From an uncultured Rickettsiales bacterium (GTDB lineage Bacteria; Pseudomonadota; Alphaproteobacteria; Rickettsiales; UBA8987), in contig CAYULD010000003.1 in assembly GCA_964445765.1 (NCBI GenBank), positions 147,480 through 211,479 of the forward strand: a DNA stretch of 64,000 nt, given 5' to 3'. Positions 16,968 through 26,305 of this stretch are shown here, in pieces. Under the pieces are notes generated by a model, which was not told the DNA's origin, made no database searches, and was given only the letters and a program-made list of their open reading frames with translations. How positions within the stretch are numbered: position 1 is the first letter of the stretch; every line of letters begins with the position of its first letter. A program made the position numbers and the translations under genes.

Positions 16968-18392
16968 ATGGTATTTGAAAATTATAATTCTGGCAATTTT
17001 TATGATGAGCTTTTTGATAATCAAAATAAAGCTCGCCAATCTGCATTGCCATTAGTTTGGGGGTTATCTCACCTCAAACTTTCTGAGCTTAGAAAAAAGC
17101 AAGAATTAGCTGAAACATTGCTTATGCAAATGGGGGTTACATTCACAGTTTATGGTGATAAACGCTCCACTGAGAAAATTATGCCGTTTGATGTTATCCC
17201 TAGAATTATCCCTGCATCAGAATTTGATTATATTGAAAAGGGCTTGAAGCAAAGAATACACGCTCTTAATTTATTTCTTTCAGATTGTTATGGGGAGAAA
17301 AAAATATTTAAGGATAAAATTATCCCTGAAGATTTGATTTTCAAAAGTGAATTTTATATCCCTCAGCTTGATGGCTTCCGCCCGCCCAAAGATGTTTGGG
17401 TGCATATCAGCGGTATTGATTTAGTGCGTGGTGGTGATGGCAAATATTATATTCTGGAAGATAATTTGCGTTGCCCTTCAGGCGTTTCTTATGTGTTAGA
17501 AAATAGAAATGTTCTTAAAAGAACTTTTCCTGAAATTTTCAATACAATTAATCTTCGCCCTGTTAGTAATTATCCAAGTGAGCTTTTCAAAACTCTTAAA
17601 TATCTTAGCGATATTGAAAACCCAAATATAGTTGTTTTAACACCCGGTATTTTTAACTCAGCTTACTTTGAACATTCTTATTTAGCTCAACAAATGGGGG
17701 TTCAACTGGTGGAAGGCTCAGATTTAGTGGTGCGTGATGAAATCGTTTATATGAAAACCACTAAGGGCCTGCAAAAAGTTGATGTTATTTATCGCAGAAT
17801 TGATGATGCATTTCTTGATCCCAAATTTTTCCGCCCTGATTCTATGCTTGGTGTGCCGGGCATTATGAGTGCTTATCTTGCCGGTAATGTTGCACTTGCA
17901 AACGCCCCCGGGGTAGGCATTGCAGATGATAAAGTTATATATGCTTATGTGCCTGAAATTATAAAATATTATTTAGGTGAGGAAGCTATTTTAAGCAATG
18001 TGCCAACTTATCTTTGCTGGCGAGAAGAAGATAGAAAATATGTGATTGAAAATATCCATAATTTAGTTGTGAAGGCTGCAACTTTATCAGGCGGATATGG
18101 CTTGCTAATTGGCCCGCATTCTAACAAAGAACAGCAGCAAGAATTTATTGATAAAATAAATGATGACCCAAGAAATTATATCGCACAACCTGTTGTTTCA
18201 CTTTCTACAGTGCCAACTATTACCCCTGATGGCATTGAGCCTCGCCATGTTGATTTACGCCCTTATATTTTATATGGCAAAGAAACTTACATTTCACCCG
18301 GTGGGTTAACTAGAGTTGCACTTCGCAAAGGCTCTTTGGTGGTTAATTCTTCTCAAGGTGGCGGAAGTAAAGATACTTGGGTGGTGGCTTAA
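16968..18392 (+). CDS. Circularly permuted type-2 ATP-grasp protein
   Basis: 474 aa. The layout and conserved strings (DLVRGGDGKYYILEDNLRCPSG, GVGIADDK, GGGSKDTWV) match the COG2308 family. It sits upstream of an alpha-E protein. Confidence 0.8.
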   Translation: MVFENYNSGNFYDELFDNQNKARQSALPLVWGLSHLKLSELRKKQELAETLLMQMGVTFTVYGDKRSTEKIMPFDVIPRIIPASEFDYIEKGLKQRIHALNLFLSDCYGEKKIFKDKIIPEDLIFKSEFYIPQLDGFRPPKDVWVHISGIDLVRGGDGKYYILEDNLRCPSGVSYVLENRNVLKRTFPEIFNTINLRPVSNYPSELFKTLKYLSDIENPNIVVLTPGIFNSAYFEHSYLAQQMGVQLVEGSDLVVRDEIVYMKTTKGLQKVDVIYRRIDDAFLDPKFFRPDSMLGVPGIMSAYLAGNVALANAPGVGIADDKVIYAYVPEIIKYYLGEEAILSNVPTYLCWREEDRKYVIENIHNLVVKAATLSGGYGLLIGPHSNKEQQQEFIDKINDDPRNYIAQPVVSLSTVPTITPDGIEPRHVDLRPYILYGKETYISPGGLTRVALRKGSLVVNSSQGGGSKDTWVVA

Positions 18393-18410
18393 TTTTAGTG
18401 TAAAGTAAAC

Positions 18411-18439
18411 TTGACGCATTATATAAAATTTTATATTAT
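18411..18439 (+). promoter_or_regulatory. Candidate sigma70 promoter for the toxin-antitoxin pair (TTGACG-N17-TATTAT)
   Basis: TTGACG is at 18411-18416 and TATTAT at 18434-18439, with TATAAT also at 18437-18442. It lies in the 62 bp gap after the ATP-grasp gene. Confidence 0.4.
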
Positions 18440-18454
18440 AATATGGTTTAATTA

Positions 18455-18772
18455 ATGGTTTATGAAATTTCAATTCTTTATGATGAATATGGCTGGAGTT
18501 TTTATCAAGATTGGATAGACGCACTTGATGAAATAACTTCAGAAAGAATAAAGAATCGTATCAATAGAATTAAATTTGGTAATTTTGGAGACTTTAAGAA
18601 AATTTATAAAAATATTTATGAATTAAGATTTTTCTTCGGCTCAGGGTATAGAGTTTATTTCGCAAAAGAGAATAAAAATATTATCCTTTTACTTGCAGGC
18701 GGTGATAAATCAACTCAGAAAAAAGATATAAAAAAATCAATAGAAATTTATGAAAAGTATAAATCTAAATAA
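18455..18772 (+). CDS. Addiction-module killer protein (RelE/HigB-superfamily toxin, TIGR02683-like)
   Basis: RINRIKFGNFGDFKKIYKNIYELRFFFGSGYRVYFAKENKNIILLLAGGDKSTQKKDIKKS matches the GN-x-GD...ELR...GpGYRvYf...LL-GGdKs-Q-kDI pattern. Confidence 0.85.
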   Translation: MVYEISILYDEYGWSFYQDWIDALDEITSERIKNRINRIKFGNFGDFKKIYKNIYELRFFFGSGYRVYFAKENKNIILLLAGGDKSTQKKDIKKSIEIYEKYKSK

Positions 18773-19106
18773 GGGAAAATATACCTTGGTTTCTTTTGAA
18801 GATTTAAGAATTAAAGAACTCACTGAACCCAGAAAAGCAAAAATTGCGTTAAAAATTGCACTTGAGGAATATGAAAAAGATGGCGATTTGCTTGCATTAC
18901 TAGATTTTTTTAGGCAATTAGCGAAAGCTCAAGGGGGCTTATCTAAGATTGCAAAAAAATCTAAGATAAGTCGTCAGGCTTTGCATTCTGCGCTTTCAAG
19001 TGATGGTAACCCCAAAATAAAAACTTTTGAGGCAATATTAAACAGCCTTGGATATAGAATAAGCTTTAAGCCTATTAATTCAGCTTCTAAAGAAAAGAGG
19101 GTGTGA
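18750..19106 (+). CDS. Addiction-module antidote protein (HTH antitoxin, TIGR02684-like)
   Basis: Overlaps the toxin by 23 nt. HTH LSKIAKKSKISRQALHSALSSDGNPKIKTFEAILNSLGYRISF. Its TGA stop overlaps the alpha-E ATG (TGATG). Confidence 0.85.
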   Translation: MKSINLNKGKYTLVSFEDLRIKELTEPRKAKIALKIALEEYEKDGDLLALLDFFRQLAKAQGGLSKIAKKSKISRQALHSALSSDGNPKIKTFEAILNSLGYRISFKPINSASKEKRV

Positions 19107-20044
19107 TGTTATCAAGAGTTGCAGAAAATTTATATTGGCTTTCAAGATATGTTGAGAGAGCTGAAAATATATCAAGGATAATTGATGTAAACCATCACCT
19201 AATGCTTGATATGCCTTCTGGAAGCCTTACTGAGCAGTGGGAGCCATTAATTATTGCACTAGGTGAAGAAGAAAATTTCAAGAAAAAATATTCAAATTTT
19301 AGCAAAGAAAAGGTTATAAATTTTCTTACCTTTGATGAGGATAACCCAAATTCAATCATAGCTTCGGTTAATTCTGCCCGCTTTAACGCTAGAACGGTTA
19401 GAGAATCAATTTCACCTGAAATGTGGGAGGAGCTTAATAATCTATATCACAATATTAAAGAATATAAGGAAGAATATTTTGACGTTGAAGACCATAAAGA
19501 ATTATTTGATAACATTATAAAAACCAGCCATTTATTCGTTGGCACCACTGATAGAACCCTAATGCACGATGAAGGTTGGCAATTTATAAGGCTTGGCAGA
19601 ATGCTTGAAAGGGCTGATAAAACCAGCAGAATTTTAGACTTAAAATATTTTATTTTATTGCCATCTGTTAATGATGTTAACACACCACTTGATGATATTC
19701 AGTGGGGTGCATTGCTTAAATCTGCAAGTGCTTTTGAATCATATAGAAGGGTTTATAATCACATTAACTATGATTCAATTTTACAATTTTTAGTTTTAGA
19801 AAAAGATTTACCAAGAAGTATAAGATATTGCGTAAATGGTGCTTTAAGAACTATTACAAATATATCGCCAGAATTTAAGGGTAATGCGTTTAATAGCTTA
19901 TATAATCTTTCAAAAGAGTTGGAGCATAAAAAAGTGCAGGAAATCAAACATTATGGCCTGCACGAATATGTTGATTTAATCCAGCAAAAACTAAATGATA
20001 TCGGCGATGGAATTTATCAAGATTATTTTTATAAAGTAGTTTAA
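19106..20044 (+). CDS. Alpha-E domain protein (COG2307)
   Basis: N-terminal LSRVAENLYWLSRYVERAENISRIIDV and internal GRMLERADKTSRILD are typical alpha-E strings. ATG at 19106 is preferred over GTG at 19103. Confidence 0.85.
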   Translation: MLSRVAENLYWLSRYVERAENISRIIDVNHHLMLDMPSGSLTEQWEPLIIALGEEENFKKKYSNFSKEKVINFLTFDEDNPNSIIASVNSARFNARTVRESISPEMWEELNNLYHNIKEYKEEYFDVEDHKELFDNIIKTSHLFVGTTDRTLMHDEGWQFIRLGRMLERADKTSRILDLKYFILLPSVNDVNTPLDDIQWGALLKSASAFESYRRVYNHINYDSILQFLVLEKDLPRSIRYCVNGALRTITNISPEFKGNAFNSLYNLSKELEHKKVQEIKHYGLHEYVDLIQQKLNDIGDGIYQDYFYKVV

Positions 20045-20634
20045 GACCTTTTGTTTTCTTGGGGTTTGGATGGAGATGCTTGGCTTAAAATAAATTTCCT
20101 TGATGGGGGAGGATTTTTACATTTCCCTTTTTCAATTACTACATAAAGTTCAAGATTATTAAATTTATCAATTTTACAAATTATTTCTTTAGGCTTTAAT
20201 TCAGCAAAATGTTTTAACATTTTTTCAGCAACAAAATTTGCAAGTTTTGGCGGTGGATTTTCTTGATTTTTTCTATTGTAAATATAATCTGTAATTGCTT
20301 GATTATATGCATTAATATCTTCATTAGAAAATTGATGAGAGTTTGCAAATTTTGGCTTAATACCAAGTATTCTAAAGTCATTTTCTTCAATTATTATTTT
20401 ATAATCTCTGATTGAAAAAAAATCCCCTTTACTATCAAAATAATCGCCTAATTGCTTTGAAAAATATTGGCTATGAAAAAAATGTTTATGTTCATATTTT
20501 TCTTTAAGTGAGGCGTGAAGTTTTTTAGAAAATTCATCATCAACATAAATGCCGTAATATCTAAGTTTAGCTTGAAAACCTTCTAAGCTAATTTCAAATG
20601 GATTTTGATTTTTCTTTTTGAATAAATTAAACAA
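20041..20634 (-). CDS. Hypothetical protein
   Basis: 197 aa ORF with no recognisable family. Its stop overlaps the alpha-E stop convergently (TTAA). Confidence 0.5.
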   Translation of the reverse strand: MFNLFKKKNQNPFEISLEGFQAKLRYYGIYVDDEFSKKLHASLKEKYEHKHFFHSQYFSKQLGDYFDSKGDFFSIRDYKIIIEENDFRILGIKPKFANSHQFSNEDINAYNQAITDYIYNRKNQENPPPKLANFVAEKMLKHFAELKPKEIICKIDKFNNLELYVVIEKGKCKNPPPSRKFILSQASPSKPQENKRS

Positions 20635-20795
20635 CTAATAAAATTTTAGGTTAATGACATAATTACTATATCATAAAAACACTAAAAATTGGTTAATATA
20701 GACTAAAAATTATTGATATTTTTATGTTTGTTAAAAAAGCCCCCAAGCAATCTAACATATTGATTTGTAAGTTTTTTTTGCAAAATGGTGGCGAA

Positions 20796-22202
20796 TTAAG
20801 CAACATCCTTGAAAACAGGGCCTTTGCCAAGCTCAAGCGATTTTAGCTTGCGATGTAATGCAGAACGCTCCATACCAACAAAGGAGGCCGTTCTAGAAAT
20901 ATTACCGCCAAATCTGTTGATTTGAGCAAGCAGATATTGCCTTTCAAATAATTGTCTTGCATCCCTAAGTTTCAAGCTCATCAATTCTTTGTTGCTATTT
21001 TCTAAGAAATCACCCGCAGAGCCTGCAATAATTTCTTTCGGTAACATTGAAGATTTTATATTATCAGATGCCTCACCCGGGTTCATAATTAAAAGCCACT
21101 CAACAACATTCATTAATTGACGGGTGTTTCCCGGCCAATCATATGATTGAAGAGAAATAAAAGCCTCATTGGTAAATCTTCTTCTAGGTAAATTATATTT
21201 TGCAGAAAAATAATTCTTAAAATATTCCGTAAGCATTGGAATATCATCACGCCTTTCTGCAAGTGATGGAATTGTTAATTCAACAACATTAAGCCTGCTG
21301 AATAAATCACTTCTAAATTCACCTTCTTGAATTTTTCTAGCAATATCAGAATTAGTAGAAGAAATTACCCTAACATTTGATTCAATTAATTTAGTGCCAC
21401 CGTTTCTGCTAAATTTGCCATCAGTTAAAAATTTTACTAATTTATTTTGCAAATTTTTTGGAAGATCACAAACTTCACTAATATATAATGTGCCACCATT
21501 TGCAACTTCAAGCAAACCAACCTTTCTAGCGGGTGAATTAAAACCGCCTTTATCCTCGGTGCCAAAAAGAACATCATCAAGCTCTTCAGGGTCATAATTA
21601 TAAACATCAAAGCGAACATAAGGGTTATTCGCCCTTTTAGATTCAATGTGCAGACGCTCCGCAACAAATTCTTTACCAACGCCAATATCACCTTTAATAA
21701 AAACTCTGCTTTCAGTTTTTGAAATTCTATCTATATCCGCCCTTAAAGTTTTGATTGCGTTAGATTCACCATACAAAAAATCTATCTGCTGGGTTTTGTC
21801 GTTAAGCTCCCTATTTTCTTTAATCAAACGAGAAGATTCAACCGCTTTATTAAGCGTGTGGATTAGTTTATCTTGCTTGAAAGGCTTTTCAATATAATCA
21901 TAAGCACCAAGTTTGAGAGAGCGAAGGGCGGTTTCAATATTGCCATGACCGCTAATCATAATAACTGGAATTTCAGGGTATTTCTTTTTAAGAAGTTCAA
22001 GAATTCCAAGCCCATCAAGCTCACTATCTTTAAGCCATATATCTAAAATTACGGCTTCTGGCTGTTGTTCAGAGATAACATTAAATGCGTCTTGAGAGTT
22101 TTTTGCCTTAAATGGCTGGTAGTTAGCATCTTCAACTATATCAGAAATGAGTTCTAATATATCCTTTTCATCATCAACTATCACAACTTTATTTTTAGAC
22201 AT
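20796..22202 (-). CDS. ntrX: NtrX-like response regulator (receiver + degenerate AAA+ + Fis-type HTH)
   Basis: Receiver domain (VVIVDDE...VILDIWL). The AAA+ core has GDIGVGKE in place of GESGTGKE, LYISEV in place of LFLDEI, and GGFNSPA where GAFTGA would be. C-terminal HTH GGNISRTASFVGMERSALHRKLK. ATG at 22202 (MSKNKVV) is preferred. Confidence 0.8.
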   Translation of the reverse strand: MSKNKVVIVDDEKDILELISDIVEDANYQPFKAKNSQDAFNVISEQQPEAVILDIWLKDSELDGLGILELLKKKYPEIPVIMISGHGNIETALRSLKLGAYDYIEKPFKQDKLIHTLNKAVESSRLIKENRELNDKTQQIDFLYGESNAIKTLRADIDRISKTESRVFIKGDIGVGKEFVAERLHIESKRANNPYVRFDVYNYDPEELDDVLFGTEDKGGFNSPARKVGLLEVANGGTLYISEVCDLPKNLQNKLVKFLTDGKFSRNGGTKLIESNVRVISSTNSDIARKIQEGEFRSDLFSRLNVVELTIPSLAERRDDIPMLTEYFKNYFSAKYNLPRRRFTNEAFISLQSYDWPGNTRQLMNVVEWLLIMNPGEASDNIKSSMLPKEIIAGSAGDFLENSNKELMSLKLRDARQLFERQYLLAQINRFGGNISRTASFVGMERSALHRKLKSLELGKGPVFKDVA

Positions 22203-22233
22203 AAACCCACCCATTGGTTAATTTTTAGTAAAA

Positions 22234-22261
22234 AATATAATAATCTTTTAGTGTTTTGCAA
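22234..22261 (-). promoter_or_regulatory. Candidate sigma70 promoter for ntrX (TTGCAA-N16-TATATT)
   Basis: On the minus strand, TTGCAA is at 22261-22256 and TATATT at 22239-22234, 19 bp downstream of the proximal palindrome. Called by eye. Confidence 0.3.
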
Positions 22262-22279
22262 GAATTAACTTAAAGTTGA

Positions 22280-22297
22280 ATCTGCAAAAATGCAGAT
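22280..22297. promoter_or_regulatory. Operator-like perfect palindrome ATCTGCA-AAAA-TGCAGAT (proximal site of locus 2)
   Basis: Identical 18-mer to 556-573 in reverse-complement spacer orientation, 78 bp upstream of the ntrX ATG. Confidence 0.6.
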
Positions 22298-22346
22298 AAT
22301 TAGCAACCTTAATTATACCATAAAAAACAATAGCTTATCATAATAA

Positions 22347-22364
22347 ATCTGCAAAAATGCAGAT
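22347..22364. promoter_or_regulatory. Operator-like perfect palindrome ATCTGCA-AAAA-TGCAGAT (distal site of locus 2)
   Basis: Identical 18-mer, exactly 67 bp start-to-start from 22280, the same spacing as locus 1. Confidence 0.6.
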
Positions 22365-22606
22365 ATTTAGTAAAATATTATAAAAAATATTTTTATCACT
22401 ATTGCCAATAAAAACAATCAATAATAAATTTTATTGCTTTTAATGTTGCATAAATCCATCGTTGTAATATTGCAACCTTTAAGCCTTATTTCAAGTAACA
22501 AATAAATTAATATTATTATAGTATTAATTTTGTAACAAGGAAGTATTGTTTTGTTGTATTTTTACATCTAGCATTTAATGAATCTTAAAAATTAAAAATT
22601 TATAAA

Positions 22607-22903
22607 ATGAATATTTTCATAATAGATATAACTTACACAAAACCTATTGAAGTTATTGATAAGGCTGTTGCAGAACATCGGGCTTATTTGGATAGATTTT
22701 ATGCCTCAAATAATTTAATATTTTCTGGCAGAAAAAACCCAGTAACAGGTGGTGTTGTGGTTGGGATGTTCACAGATATTAAAGAGGCAGAGAACTTTGT
22801 TGCTAGCGATCCATTCAAAATAAATAATTTAGCTGATTATAAAATAACGGAATTTAACCCTGTAAAATATAATCAAAAAGTGAAAGATGTTCTAGGATTT
22901 TAA
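22607..22903 (+). CDS. YciI-like protein
   Basis: 98 aa with the typical YciI layout (AEHRAYL...GG...F...EAENFVASDPF). Confidence 0.75.
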   Translation: MNIFIIDITYTKPIEVIDKAVAEHRAYLDRFYASNNLIFSGRKNPVTGGVVVGMFTDIKEAENFVASDPFKINNLADYKITEFNPVKYNQKVKDVLGF

Positions 22904-22911
22904 TTATAAAA

Positions 22912-23658
22912 ATGGATATTAAACAAAAAATTGCTGATGAGTTTTCAAAATATGCTGAGAGCTATAATAAAAATGCAATTCTACAAAAAAATGTTGCTAT
23001 AAAATTAGCAGAAAAAATCAAAAAAAATATTTCTGATAACCATAATATTTTAGATGTTGGGGCTGGAACAGGCTTTGTTGCTGAGTTACTTTCAGGTGTA
23101 GATATAATTCAAAGCGATATTTCATTTGAAATGTGCAATATAAATAAAAAATTTGGCAAAAGCGTGGTTGCTGATTTTGATTTTCTTCCATTTTATAATA
23201 ATTATTTTGATTTTATAATTTCGTCATTAGCTTTGCAGTGGTCTTTGGACTTAAGAAAAACCTTCGCGGGAATTTATAAAATATTAAAATTTAATGGTCA
23301 TTTTGCTTTTGCTATTTTTGGAGAAAAAACCCTGCAGGAGCTTAGATTTTGTAGTAATGAAATTGGTGTTGTAACAAATAATAATTTTTATTCTTCAAAC
23401 CAAATTAAAGAATTTTTAGAAGAAAATAATTTCAAAATTATTAGTGAAGAAAAACAACATAATATAGAAAATTATAAAACTTTGCTTTCTATGTTGAACT
23501 CAATGAAATCAATAGGTGCAGGGGTTAATTTAGATGAAAATAAGAAAAATTTATCTAAGTCTCAAATAAAAAAAATTGAAGAAATTTACTTAAAAAATTA
23601 TCAAAATAATATTCAAACTAGTTGGGAAATTTATTATTTTATAGCACAAAAAAACTAA
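22912..23658 (+). CDS. bioC: Class I SAM-dependent methyltransferase, probably malonyl-ACP O-methyltransferase
   Basis: ILDVGAGTG motif I, size about 250 aa, immediately upstream of bioD. Confidence 0.6.
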   Translation: MDIKQKIADEFSKYAESYNKNAILQKNVAIKLAEKIKKNISDNHNILDVGAGTGFVAELLSGVDIIQSDISFEMCNINKKFGKSVVADFDFLPFYNNYFDFIISSLALQWSLDLRKTFAGIYKILKFNGHFAFAIFGEKTLQELRFCSNEIGVVTNNNFYSSNQIKEFLEENNFKIISEEKQHNIENYKTLLSMLNSMKSIGAGVNLDENKKNLSKSQIKKIEEIYLKNYQNNIQTSWEIYYFIAQKN

Positions 23659-23664
23659 ATTTTT

Positions 23665-24348
23665 ATGAGTATTTTTATAACATCAACCGGCACAAATATT
23701 GGCAAAACTTATATAAATTGTTTGCTAATTGACTTCATCAAAAATATAAAAAAGAAAAATATTTCAGCCTTTAAGCCAATTATAAGCGGTTTTAATTTTG
23801 ATGAAACCCCGAATGATTTATCAGAAATATGTGAGGCTTTAGGTTTGGAATATAATAAAAATAATATTAAAAAAATTTCCCGTTACTTTTTCAAAGAGCC
23901 ACTTTCCCCTGATATGGCAGCTAGAATTTCAGGTGAAAAAAATGCAGAAATTTCAGAGATTATAAAATTTATCTCAGAAAACCAAAATAAAAATAGTGAT
24001 TATATAATCATAGAAGGGGCTGGAGGGGCTTTTGTGCCTATAAATGAAAATGAAAATACTTCTGATTTAATTGCTAAAATTTCAGATAAAATAATCTTGG
24101 TTTGTGGCAGTTATCTTGGCTCTTTAAGCCATACAATTTCTTGCATAAGCGCAATGAAAGCAAAAAATATTGCACCTGATTTGATAATTATTTCCCAAAA
24201 TTTAACTACTAAAGATGAGCTATATATAAATATTGAAGAAACTATTAAATCATTAAAAAATTTTACTGATATTCCGATAATATCAGTTGCTCATAATAAA
24301 AATTTTTCTAAAAAAGCTATAGAGGAAATAGAATTTTTAATTTTGTAA
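23665..24348 (+). CDS. bioD: Dethiobiotin synthetase
   Basis: N-terminal P-loop TSTGTNIGKT and IIEGAGG motif. Confidence 0.8.
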   Translation: MSIFITSTGTNIGKTYINCLLIDFIKNIKKKNISAFKPIISGFNFDETPNDLSEICEALGLEYNKNNIKKISRYFFKEPLSPDMAARISGEKNAEISEIIKFISENQNKNSDYIIIEGAGGAFVPINENENTSDLIAKISDKIILVCGSYLGSLSHTISCISAMKAKNIAPDLIIISQNLTTKDELYINIEETIKSLKNFTDIPIISVAHNKNFSKKAIEEIEFLIL

Positions 24349-24986
24349 TGAATTCAGAAAATCAAATTGATAGCTCAAAAATTCACTATGCAGGTTTTAG
24401 CATAAGGTTTTTAGCACAAATTATTGATACTATTTTTATAATGCTATTATTTATTCCACTGGGATATATTATTCCAGATGCGAAAAATGAAATGCCAAAT
24501 GAAATCATAGAAGCATATAAACTTCATTCTCAAAATGAAATTACTGATGAAGAGCTTACAAATATTGCCGCACCTTATTTGATAAATGAATTTTTGCCAA
24601 AATTAATAAATGTTTTTTTAATTCAGCTTTTTATAGTTGGTGTAGTTTTTATAATTCTTTGGCATTACAAAAGCACCAGCCCCGGTAAAGCCTTGCTTGG
24701 CTTAAAAATTGTTGATGCAGAAACCCTAAAGCCGTTAAGTTATGCACAATCATTTTTAAGATTTATTGGATATTTTATTTCAATAATTCCGTTTATGTTT
24801 GGTTTTACTATGATAATGTTTAGCAAGAAAAAACAAGGGCTTCACGATAAAATTGCTAGAAGCCTTGTAATTTATAACCGCAATTATGATGAGGCTTGGG
24901 AACAGAAAAAAGCTAAATATCAGCTATATTTCTTCCTTGCGGCGTTAACAATTTTAATAATTATAATTACATCAAAGGGTTTATGA
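24348..24986 (+). CDS. RDD family membrane protein
   Basis: AGFSIRFLAQIIDTIF at the N-terminus, multiple TM segments and a GLHDKIARSLV motif. Confidence 0.75.
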   Translation: MNSENQIDSSKIHYAGFSIRFLAQIIDTIFIMLLFIPLGYIIPDAKNEMPNEIIEAYKLHSQNEITDEELTNIAAPYLINEFLPKLINVFLIQLFIVGVVFIILWHYKSTSPGKALLGLKIVDAETLKPLSYAQSFLRFIGYFISIIPFMFGFTMIMFSKKKQGLHDKIARSLVIYNRNYDEAWEQKKAKYQLYFFLAALTILIIIITSKGL

Positions 24987-26290
24987 TTCCTAGATATACA
25001 AGAAAAGTAATGTCTGATATTTGGCAAGCTGAAAATCGCTTAAAAATCTGGCGGGATATTGAAGTTTTTGCCTGTGAAGCAATGGCAGAAATTGGCGTTA
25101 TACCTAAGCAATCGGCGGAAAATATTTCAAAAAATGCACCAACAAAATTTTCTCAAGAAGATATAAATAAAATTGATGAAATTGAACAAATAACCAAGCA
25201 CGATGTTATAGCTTTTTTAACTCACTTAGCTGGTTTTATTGGCGATGATTCTCGCTTTGTGCATCAAGGTATGACATCAAGTGATGTTCTAGATACTTGC
25301 CTTGCAGTGCAGTTAAAACAAGCGGGTGAACTTCTGCTTGATGATTTAGAAAAAGTTTTAATCGCATTAAAAGAAAAATCTTTTGAACATAAATATACCA
25401 TCACTATTGGCAGAAGCCACGGCATCCACGCGGAGCCTGTTACTTTTGGCTTAAAACTTGCTAGCTTTTATGCAGAATTTGAACGCAATAAAAACCGCCT
25501 GCAAGCTGCAATTAAAGATGTTGCAACTTGTGCAATTTCTGGTGCAGTTGGCACATTTGCAAATATTAATCCTTACATTGAAGAATATGTAGCAAAGAAA
25601 TTAGGCCTAACGCCAGAGCCAATTTCAACGCAAGTAATTCCAAGAGATAGGCACGCAGAATTTTTTGTCACGCTTGCAGTTATCGCAAGCTCAATAGAAA
25701 GGCTTGCCACAGAAATTCGTCATTTGCAACGCACAGAAGTTTTAGAAGCAGAAGAATTTTTCTCAAAAGGGCAGAAAGGCTCATCAGCTATGCCACATAA
25801 AAGAAACCCAGTTTTAAGCGAAAATTTAACTGGTCTTGCAAGAATTGTTCGTGGCTATGCAATTCCAGCTTTAGAGAATGTAGCACTATGGCACGAGAGG
25901 GATATTTCCCATTCTTCAGTTGAGCGAATGATTGCACCTGATGCAACCGTTACCCTAGATTTTGCATTAGCAAGGCTTGAAGGTTTAGTTAAAAATTTAT
26001 TGGTTTACCCTGAAAATATGCAGAAGAATATGGATAAATTAGGCGGTTTGCATAATTCTCAGCGAGTATTATTAGCATTAACACAAAAAGGCTTCTTGCG
26101 CGAAGATGCTTATGCGATTGTTCAAAGAAATGCCATGAAAGTATGGCAAGATGGCAGAGATTTTTTAACTGAGCTAAAAAGCGATAGCGAGATAAAATCC
26201 AAAATGTCTGAGCAAGATCTTGAAGATTGTTTTGATGATACTTATCACATAAAAAATGTTGATTATATTTTTAATCGGGTTTTCAAATAA
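24983..26290 (+). CDS. purB: Adenylosuccinate lyase
   Basis: Fumarate-lyase signature GSSAMPHKRNP and a full-length 435 aa PurB layout. Confidence 0.95.
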   Translation: MIPRYTRKVMSDIWQAENRLKIWRDIEVFACEAMAEIGVIPKQSAENISKNAPTKFSQEDINKIDEIEQITKHDVIAFLTHLAGFIGDDSRFVHQGMTSSDVLDTCLAVQLKQAGELLLDDLEKVLIALKEKSFEHKYTITIGRSHGIHAEPVTFGLKLASFYAEFERNKNRLQAAIKDVATCAISGAVGTFANINPYIEEYVAKKLGLTPEPISTQVIPRDRHAEFFVTLAVIASSIERLATEIRHLQRTEVLEAEEFFSKGQKGSSAMPHKRNPVLSENLTGLARIVRGYAIPALENVALWHERDISHSSVERMIAPDATVTLDFALARLEGLVKNLLVYPENMQKNMDKLGGLHNSQRVLLALTQKGFLREDAYAIVQRNAMKVWQDGRDFLTELKSDSEIKSKMSEQDLEDCFDDTYHIKNVDYIFNRVFK

Positions 26291-26305
26291 TTTTATAATT
26301 TATTT

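Noticed and set aside
22215-22606. NtrC-type enhancer plus sigma54 promoter in the long ntrX/yciI intergenic region
   Set aside because: No TGGCAC-N5-TTGC -24/-12 element was seen. The palindrome arms do not match the TGCACC-N5-GGTGCA NtrC consensus geometry, and the regulator itself lacks GAFTGA.
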